DNA of 64,000 nucleotides from Octopus vulgaris (taxonomy: Eukaryota), in NCBI GenBank assembly GCA_951406725.2, contig OX597820.1, positions 61,690,001 to 61,754,000 of the forward strand, in the 5' to 3' direction. Made by a program: the position numbers and the translations under genes. Each line of letters begins with the position of its first letter. Positions within the stretch are counted from its first letter, which is position 1. The notes below the pieces were generated by a model that was not told where the DNA came from, did no database searches, and worked only from the letters and a program-made list of their open reading frames with translations. Shown here piece by piece: positions 56,062-64,000 of the stretch.

Positions 56062-59000
56062 CCATGTTGAACATGGCAAAAGAGATACACAAAAACATTC
56101 TAGCCATCACTCAACACCATCCTATGCTATTACTCCAGTGCACCAATTCCCCACATTGCTGCCACTAACACACACAAAAAATCCAAGCCCCCTGCAACAG
56201 TCAAAACCAGCCACTACACTAACCTCCACATTCCTACTCAATGCACAAGGTGTCAGCCCTTCCATCAATGCACAAAAATGGAAGGTCCAATTCATTGAAG
56301 ACTGGGTTGGTAACCATTCACACCACATCCCTTTCTTCATTCTCACTGAGACCCACCTTGACAACTCCCACTTGGAAGCCGAAGTGAGAGTGAAGAATTT
56401 CACAACCATCCGCGCGGATCGTATCGGCAGGAGGAAGGGTGGAACTGCCATTTTCCTGCATGATTCATTTACGGCAGATGGAAATAGTATATTCTCCAAC
56501 GGCTACTGTGAATCAGTCACCGTGCACAACAAAGCCAATGATCTGACAGTAATTGGACTCTATAGGCCGCCCCAAACACCCATACTGTGCTTTAAAGAAT
56601 GCCTCAACAGCATTAAGTGCTTTATTCAACAGTGCCATTCTAGCAACATACTCATGATGGGAGACTTCAATCTACCCTGTGTTGACTGGACTACAAACTG
56701 TTTGAAACCAAGCACTCCCGCCTCAACCGCTGACAAAGAAGCAGCAGAGTCACTTTTCGACTTTACGAATGAGTTTTTCTTGTCCCAACTTGTCCTTGCA
56801 CCAACAAGACATCAGAACATTTTGGACCTAGTGTTTAGTAACCACACTAACACTATACATAACGTTACAGTGGAAAAAACCCTTCTTTCAGACCATGACA
56901 TGGTTCTCTGTAACATGAAATTCCACCAGCCGAAAGCTAATCCTAGTGACCTTCCTCCAGCCCACCCATCTGACAACATGGATCTCCATAAAGCCAACTG
57001 GGATGCAATCAGGAACGAGCTATCAAATGTTGACTGGTCCTTTACACATACACACATCTCCACCAACCATAAAACATCTTGGCAGATCTTTGTAGACACC
57101 GTCACAGACATATGTGCAAAACACTCCCCACCAAGACCTGTGAACAAAAAGTGCAGAATCCCCCAAAACAGAAAAACCATTATCAGAAAAATAAAAAGAA
57201 CAAACAAAAAAATTAACAAACTAAAGTACTGCCAACAGCAACACACACATTCGACGGCTATCGCACTGCTTGAATCCAAAAAATATAACCTCCAACAATG
57301 CATGAAGTCCCTCATCAATAACCAAAGATCAGCTGAGGAGAAGTGGGCCATTGAAAAAATCAAACTCAACCCCAAAGTGTTCTTTTCATTTGCGAGGAAA
57401 CGCAGGGTCACTGTCTCCACTGTAGGCCCTCTAATTGACGAAACTGGCACTCTCCAAGATAATGCCAAATCCATGGCCGAGATACTGCAGAAACAATACT
57501 GCTCTGTTTTCAGCAATCCTGATATGGCCGATCTGGGCTGTATCAGTGATGTCAACCCCCAACACACTATATCGGACATAACGTTTAGTGCCCCTGATGT
57601 CTTAGCGGCGATAAACGAAATAAAACACAATTCAGCAGTAGGCCCCGATAGGTTCCCTGCTTGTGTCCTGAAGGTGTGTCGACACCAACTTGCATCTCCC
57701 CTTGCTAATCTGTGGAGAAACTCACTGGATGCTGGCTATATTCCAAAAAACCTTCTGTCCCAGTCTGTTGTCCCAGTTTTCAAAAAGGGAAACAAGTCCC
57801 TTGCAGTGAATTACCGTCCGATCTCACTCACCTCTCATATCATCAAGGTATTTGAGAGGGTGGTGAGATCTCAAATAACCCAATTTCTGGAAAGCAACAG
57901 ACGGCTGATCTCCAACCAACATGGGTTCTGTAATGGAAGGGACTGCCTAACGCAGCTCCTGCATCACTTTGAGGACATTTTGAGAGCTTTGGGAGAGGGC
58001 TCCAACACCGATGTCATCTACCTTGATTTCAGTAAGGCCTTCGACAGGGTCGATCACAAGATCCTATTGAAAAAACTATCCAACATTGGTGTCTCTGGAA
58101 AGTTACTGAAATGGATTAAGTGTTTCCTGACAGACAGATCTCAACATGTTGTAGTTGAAGGGGTAAAATCAAGCCCAGCCAAAGTCAGTAGTGGCGTTCC
58201 GCAAGGCACTGTGCTGGGCCCACTTCTTTTCATCATTTACATTAATGACATTAATGACATCATCAAGCACAGCAACATAAAAATCTTTGCAGATGACTCC
58301 AAGCTACAGAAGGTCATAAATGAGGCGAGTGACCGGACATGCCTTCAGTCAGATCTACTGGCTGTTATCCAATGGGCAGAAAAAAACAATATGCTGCTGA
58401 ACGAGGATAAATTTGAGCTAATCCACTTTGGAAAAGAGGATGCCCTGAAACTCCCATACTCCCTTCCTTCAGGTGAAACTCTCACGGCGTCCAACAACAT
58501 CAGAGACTTGGGAGTAATTGTGGACAACAACGTAAGCTGGGCCACTCATATAAACACCAAAGTTGACATGGCCCGCAGAATGTGTTCCTGGATTCTCAGA
58601 ACTTTCCAGTCGAGAGATATCCACACCATTATCCTTCTCTTCTCCACTTTTGCCCGACCCCACCTTGAATACTGTTGTCCACTGTGGTCTCCACACACAA
58701 TACAAGGTATCATAAAAGTCGAAGCACCTCAAAGGGCAATCACAAAAAAGATAGATGGCATGACAGGCCTCGACTATTGGGGTCGACTAGAAAAGCTAAA
58801 ACTCTATTCTCTCCAACGTCGTCGTGAGCGCTACATCATCTGCATGATGTGGAAAATATTCCATCAGCATTGCCCAAATGATGTTGGCATCACCTTTAAG
58901 GTACATCCAAGGCTTGGGCCCCGTGCCATCCGCCCAAAACAAAAATCGCACTCTCATCTCATAACAACAATACGGCACAATTATTTCACCTCAATTGGCC

Positions 59001-59173
59001 CCGCTCTCTTTAACATTACACCAAAACACATTAAAACAGAAACTGACCCTATAGGGTTCAAGAAGTCTTTGGACAGATTCCTTCAAGAAATCCCGGATAA
59101 ACCCCCTACACCCGGATATGTCTCTGTAAACAATAACTCTCTACTTGAGTGGGCCATAGTGCCCAAATTCTGA
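55934..59173 (+). CDS. LINE ORF2: apurinic-like endonuclease plus reverse transcriptase
   Basis: 1079 aa open; APE motifs LTETHL, YRPP, MGDFN, LDLVF, SDH; RT motifs NYRPISLTS, LDFSKAFD, SGVPQGTVLGPLLF, FADD, RDLGV. Confidence 0.97.
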   Translation: MLVQSFQEDTKTTTTKVETTTLSNSATTPPAKNCSLSRKILFSHVEHGKRDTQKHSSHHSTPSYAITPVHQFPTLLPLTHTKNPSPLQQSKPATTLTSTFLLNAQGVSPSINAQKWKVQFIEDWVGNHSHHIPFFILTETHLDNSHLEAEVRVKNFTTIRADRIGRRKGGTAIFLHDSFTADGNSIFSNGYCESVTVHNKANDLTVIGLYRPPQTPILCFKECLNSIKCFIQQCHSSNILMMGDFNLPCVDWTTNCLKPSTPASTADKEAAESLFDFTNEFFLSQLVLAPTRHQNILDLVFSNHTNTIHNVTVEKTLLSDHDMVLCNMKFHQPKANPSDLPPAHPSDNMDLHKANWDAIRNELSNVDWSFTHTHISTNHKTSWQIFVDTVTDICAKHSPPRPVNKKCRIPQNRKTIIRKIKRTNKKINKLKYCQQQHTHSTAIALLESKKYNLQQCMKSLINNQRSAEEKWAIEKIKLNPKVFFSFARKRRVTVSTVGPLIDETGTLQDNAKSMAEILQKQYCSVFSNPDMADLGCISDVNPQHTISDITFSAPDVLAAINEIKHNSAVGPDRFPACVLKVCRHQLASPLANLWRNSLDAGYIPKNLLSQSVVPVFKKGNKSLAVNYRPISLTSHIIKVFERVVRSQITQFLESNRRLISNQHGFCNGRDCLTQLLHHFEDILRALGEGSNTDVIYLDFSKAFDRVDHKILLKKLSNIGVSGKLLKWIKCFLTDRSQHVVVEGVKSSPAKVSSGVPQGTVLGPLLFIIYINDINDIIKHSNIKIFADDSKLQKVINEASDRTCLQSDLLAVIQWAEKNNMLLNEDKFELIHFGKEDALKLPYSLPSGETLTASNNIRDLGVIVDNNVSWATHINTKVDMARRMCSWILRTFQSRDIHTIILLFSTFARPHLEYCCPLWSPHTIQGIIKVEAPQRAITKKIDGMTGLDYWGRLEKLKLYSLQRRRERYIICMMWKIFHQHCPNDVGITFKVHPRLGPRAIRPKQKSHSHLITTIRHNYFTSIGPALFNITPKHIKTETDPIGFKKSLDRFLQEIPDKPPTPGYVSVNNNSLLEWAIVPKF

Positions 59174-59262
59174 CTTGAAAGACTTCACCAGGTGGTGCTA
59201 TTAAGTTAGACATGGCCTGGGCCAATAATGGCCGAAACCTATCAAAGTATCAAAGTATCAAA

Positions 59263-59330
<68 letters not shown>

Positions 59331-59399
59331 GTATGTATATATATATATGCATATATATATGTATATATATATGTATATATATATATATATATACATATA

Positions 59400-59443
<44 letters not shown>

Positions 59444-59453
59444 TATACATATG

Positions 59454-59488
<35 letters not shown>

Positions 59489-59491
59489 GCA

Positions 59492-59531
<40 letters not shown>

Positions 59532-59567
59532 CATATATGTATATGTATACATACATACACACACAAA

Positions 59568-59662
<95 letters not shown>

Positions 59663-59978
59663 ACACGCATACATAGATGCAAAGATACTCACGCACACAC
59701 GCACATAATATCATATAATATCAATTCATTTCGCTTGTGCCTGGTTTTAAAAATGCAAAGCGATCGATACACACCTGTGCCAGAAGTATGTAGAGTCTGC
59801 TATACTTGTGTGATGGAAATTCAGAACCTGAATTATTTCCTTCTACCTATAGGTTTCCTGCAGTTGAAGTTAGTTCATCGTACTCCTTGGTGAGTATGAG
59901 TTTAGCTACAGAGGGATTATTTCATGCTCAACAGGCAGTACGATTGAAGAACGCCAGCTGCACGAAAAAGTTAACAGT

Positions 59979-60062
59979 GCGTAGGAGTGGCTGTGTGGTA
60001 AGTAGCTTGCTTACGCAGTCCCACTGCGTGGCACCTTGGGCATGTGTCTTCTACTATAGCCT

Positions 60063-60151
<89 letters not shown>

Positions 60152-60447
60152 TATATATAATTGATCAAAATAAAACATGATGCGAAGGATACAGCGGTAC
60201 ATATGTTTCGGGCCTTTATTAGACAGATTTATAACAATGCATAATGTATGTCTGTGGCCTTCTTCAGCCGCGCACAACAGCTTACAGACATACATTATGC
60301 ATTGTTATAAATCTGTCTAATAAAGGCCCGAAACATATGTACCGCTGAATCCTTCGCATCATGTTTTTATTTTGATCAATTTACTCCACCACCTACACCA
60401 CCAAACGGTATACACAGGTGCTTATAATTATCAAGTACTCACCCCGA

Positions 60448-60480
<33 letters not shown>

Positions 60481-60748
60481 GATATATATATATGTATATA
60501 TTTATATATATGTGTGTGTGTGTATGTGTTTGCATATGCTTGTGTGTCTTTGTTTGTCCCCCCAACATCGCTTGACAACCGATGCTGGTGTGTCTACGTC
60601 CCCGTAACTTAGAGGTTCGGCAAAAGACACCTATAGAATAAGTACTAGGCTTACAAAAAATAAATCTTGGGGTCGATTTGCTCGACTAAAGGCGGTGCTC
60701 CAGCATGGCCGCAGTCAAATGACTGAAACAAGTAAAATAGTAAAAGAG
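59979..60748 (+). mobile_element. SINE family B interrupted in its internal (TA)n by a fold-back insertion
   Basis: Head at 59979-60066, tail at about 60540-60748. Confidence 0.85.
60194..60271 (-). ncRNA. Minimal type I hammerhead ribozyme motif with intact core, inside a 223-bp palindrome (60159-60381)
   Basis: gcgg-CTGAAGA-aggcc..(long loop)..aggccc-GAAAC-atat-GTA-ccgc. Confidence 0.72.
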
Positions 60749-60851
60749 TGCAGCTTCGATGAAGGGCGTCAACGATGCTTTTGATGTCGGCAGGGTATTG
60801 GACATTGGACGGGCTCAAATTTACAACCTTGTCTGATTACATATCTCAGAC

Positions 60852-61176
60852 CAGAGGTCAGCGAACCGGGGTAAATTAACCCAAGTGGGGTAAAAATGAA
60901 ATTCTTGGGGATAATTAGGACTCATTAGACATAAGTAAAATTACATAAAAAACCGTGTTCCTTGTTACGACAGAAAGTTTTCTTTTGGCAACACTGTATC
61001 TGCCCAATTTAATGGACGTATAAATAGATTCATATGAATAGATTCAATAAAATAGATTAAATAAACTTTTTGAACTCGAAGAATCTATCATTTTCTTCCT
61101 TTCAAATCAAGTGGGTAATATCGGCGTAAATAAATATATTTTGGGGTAAGTGGTTTAAAAAGTTCCCTGACCCCTG
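60852..61176. mobile_element. hAT (Charlie-like) MITE
   Basis: TIRs cagaggtcagcgaac and gttccctgacccctg; 8-bp TSD tctcagac / tcttagac. Confidence 0.85.
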
Positions 61177-61187
61177 TCTTAGACATA

Positions 61188-61697
61188 CCGTAAATCCTCG
61201 AGTATAATCCGCATTTTTTTCCCAAAATTTAAAGGTCAGAATCCCTAGTGCGTACTATATACGCGGTTTAAAATGAAAATTATTTTCTAAGCAATGTCCG
61301 AGTATCTATTTGCTGTCCGGCTATGTTTATTCAGACGCATTTTGTGATGTCGGGCGCGAAAATACCTTAATCTAAGCCTGAAAGCAATGAAGTCATAAAA
61401 GAATCATCTATAACTTGCAGTAAGCAACATTTATTAAACGTTATTACTGTTATTTCTTTATTTTCTGTAAACAAAATGCACCAAAAAGCTACATGTTTGC
61501 ATTGTTATATATACAATAATAATAAAGGACATCATCGTATACATTTTTACAAACCAAGGACGTTCTATAGACGTCCTTGACTCAAGTTAGAGAAGGGGTG
61601 TGTATTATACACAAGGTTTAGGTTTTTCAGAGGTACAGCCTCCTAAAAATCCCGTGCGTATTATAATCAAGGGCGGGCTATCCTCGAGGATTTACGG
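61188..61697. mobile_element. Tc2/pogo-like non-autonomous DNA transposon
   Basis: TA-flanked TIRs ccgtaaatcctcgag and ctcgaggatttacgg; subterminal tgcgta.tata repeats. Confidence 0.85.
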
Positions 61698-61790
61698 TAC
61701 TCACAGGCTTTTGTAAAACATATTGACTTTAGCATCGAATTTGGTATTCACTTTATCGCCATTTATATATTGGATGGCTGAATTTTACTT

Positions 61791-61983
61791 TACGCGGGGG
61801 TGTAAGGAAATACAGGTAAAAGGAAATACAGGAGGATCAGTTTATTATGGTTTTATTCAACATTCACACACTTATTGCAACGGTCCTTCAGTTTTTCTAA
61901 GCCCTGTAAAAGAACATGGTAGGTTGGGCCCCCACCCAGGCTTTTCGCGATACTCATAGAGCCAGTAACTTTTCAGCATCGTA
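61791..61983 (-). mobile_element. Mariner-derived MITE, same family as 44510-44726
   Basis: cacacttattgcaacggtccttcagttt..aggcttttcg..aacttttcagca is the reverse complement of the 44.5 kb copy. Confidence 0.7.
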
Positions 61984-62089
61984 TTAGGGAATCACTTCTT
62001 GTAAGAAGAGAGGAAAGAGGGTAAATCCTACGAGGAATTTACATCGACTAAACATAAACAGGTGCATACATATATCCTTTTATTCTTTT

Positions 62090-62460
62090 ATTATTTTACT
62101 CATTTGGGTCAATGAATTGCGGCTATGCTGGGGCACCACCTTGAAACATTTAGTCGATATAATCGATCCCAGTGCTTATTTTAATTCTGGTAATTATTCT
62201 GTTGACACTTTTTGCCGGATAACTAAATTACTGGGATGTAAACAAACCAAAACCGGTTGTCGAGCGATGAGTATCAAACATAAAGACCCACAAATATGTA
62301 TATTTATATATACATATTCAGCAGGCTTCTGTACAGGTTTCGTCTACCCAGTTCACTTACAAGGCTCTAGTCGCAGTAGAGTTACACCTGAAGGGACTTA
62401 CCAAAGATGCGGCACACTGAGATGAAACAGAAATCGCGTGGCTGCAAACACGGGCTTTTG
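62090..62460 (-). mobile_element. SINE family B, decayed
   Basis: gcggctatgctggggcaccaccttgaa..tcgatcccagtgcttat..caggcttctgtacag. Confidence 0.65.
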
Positions 62461-62831
62461 AACAGCTTCATTTGCTTTGTAGTGGCCAACATTAGACTAC
62501 AGTAAATATATCTCTAGGTACGTTTCTGTGAAATTGAACGCAAAACCATGAACTGGGGAAGCGAACTTCCTAATAACAGAGCCAAGCTTACGCTCATATA
62601 TATATATATATATGTATATATATATGAAAAGATGGTTACATATATATAGATATATATACACACACACACACATATATACATATATACACAAGCAAACATA
62701 TATACACGCGCGTGCGCACACACGCACACATGTTATTTGTCTATCTATCTATCTATCTATCTATCTATGCGTCTGTCTCTGTTACTAGCTCTGTCTCATT
62801 TATTTTGAGCATCCAGGATTTATATATATAA

Positions 62832-62884
<53 letters not shown>

Positions 62885-63668
62885 CACACACACACATATA
62901 TATATACATATATATAAAGAGAGAGAAAGAGAGAGAGAGAGAGTGAGGAAGAGAGAAAGAGAATGAAAGGTATGGAATGATGTTTATTCATTTATTCGTT
63001 CATTCGAACCAGAACATCTACAGGACAATATCTACAGGAAAACTGGTCTGAAAGCATTGCTCAGAATAATCTTTGCTAAAGGTATCGAAGCACAAGGCGG
63101 CGGTGTTAAAGCGTGCGACTTGTTAAGGCTTACCATACATTTCTAATATTATTAACTGAAATGAGATGGAAGATGGTGGTGTATGTAGGCAGTCATTAAT
63201 TTCTCGGTTTTGCTCTTTCACCGCTACTGATTATGTACGGTGAAATACATAAAATGCCCAGGTTTCTGGAGTGAGTTAAACTTAGTGTGACACACTGAAA
63301 CATTATAACTCCTTATCGCAAACATTGAACACAACAATCAATTCATATTAGTGAATCAATGACCGAGGCGGTCAAGTTGTCACGTAATAAATTACAAGTT
63401 TAGAAGTTTATAGACACGCTCTTTCACTTAATGCAACATATTCAAATCTCTCTCTCTCTTCCCCCTCTCTCTCTCCCCCCCTCTCTCTCTCTCTCTCACA
63501 CGCACACTAACACGCACGCATATACACACGAGTACTAACACACACACACAGGAACCAGCACACACAGATACTCCAGAGACTTCCTTTATATACTTTGACA
63601 CATACATACATACATATATACATACATACAGTCATACATACATATATATATATATAGATATGCATACA

Positions 63669-63717
<49 letters not shown>

Positions 63718-63808
63718 TATATGCATACATATACACGCACATATACATATGTATATATATATATATACATGTATATATACATACATATATACATACACAC
63801 ATATACGC

Positions 63809-63892
<84 letters not shown>

Positions 63893-64000
63893 TATATATA
63901 TATAGTATATATATATATAATAGATATAAATAATATATATAATATAATATATATATATACATGTATATGAATATATATATATATATTTATATGTACATAC

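Larger units (their letters stand above)
54532..59264 (+). mobile_element. Full-length, apparently intact CR1-group LINE
   Basis: 5' repeats and UTR, ORF1, uninterrupted APE-RT ORF2, short 3' UTR, (ATCAAAGT)x3 tail; (TA)n on both flanks. Confidence 0.95.

Noticed and set aside
56122-57630. Antisense ORFs of 125 and 272 aa within LINE ORF2
   Set aside because: Shadow frames of a long coding sequence; no independent motifs

Overview
AT-rich, microsatellite-saturated eukaryotic DNA. The tRNA-derived SINE families and repeat landscape look like an octopus (coleoid cephalopod) genome; this is inferred from recalled repeat families, not from a search. No host protein-coding gene can be firmly supported, and almost all ORF-track entries are microsatellite translations. 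Recognisable content: (1) an apparently full-length, intact CR1-group LINE (about 54532-59264) whose ORF1 combines a Myb/SANT-like domain, poly-Q and two CCCH zinc fingers, with a candidate frameshift signal at the ORF1/ORF2 junction, plus a 5'-truncated sister copy, both inserted in (TA)n; (2) several short, non-coding, often fold-back modules carrying minimal type I hammerhead ribozyme motifs of the Penelope/retrozyme kind; (3) R4/Dong-like and Hero-like restriction-endonuclease LINE fragments, one with a twin-priming-type inversion; (4) a decayed full-length mariner, mariner/Tc2/hAT/Tigger non-autonomous elements and a Helitron; (5) many SINEs, some as concatemers; (6) minisatellites and local duplications. 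Everything was read by eye, so boundaries of decayed elements are approximate.
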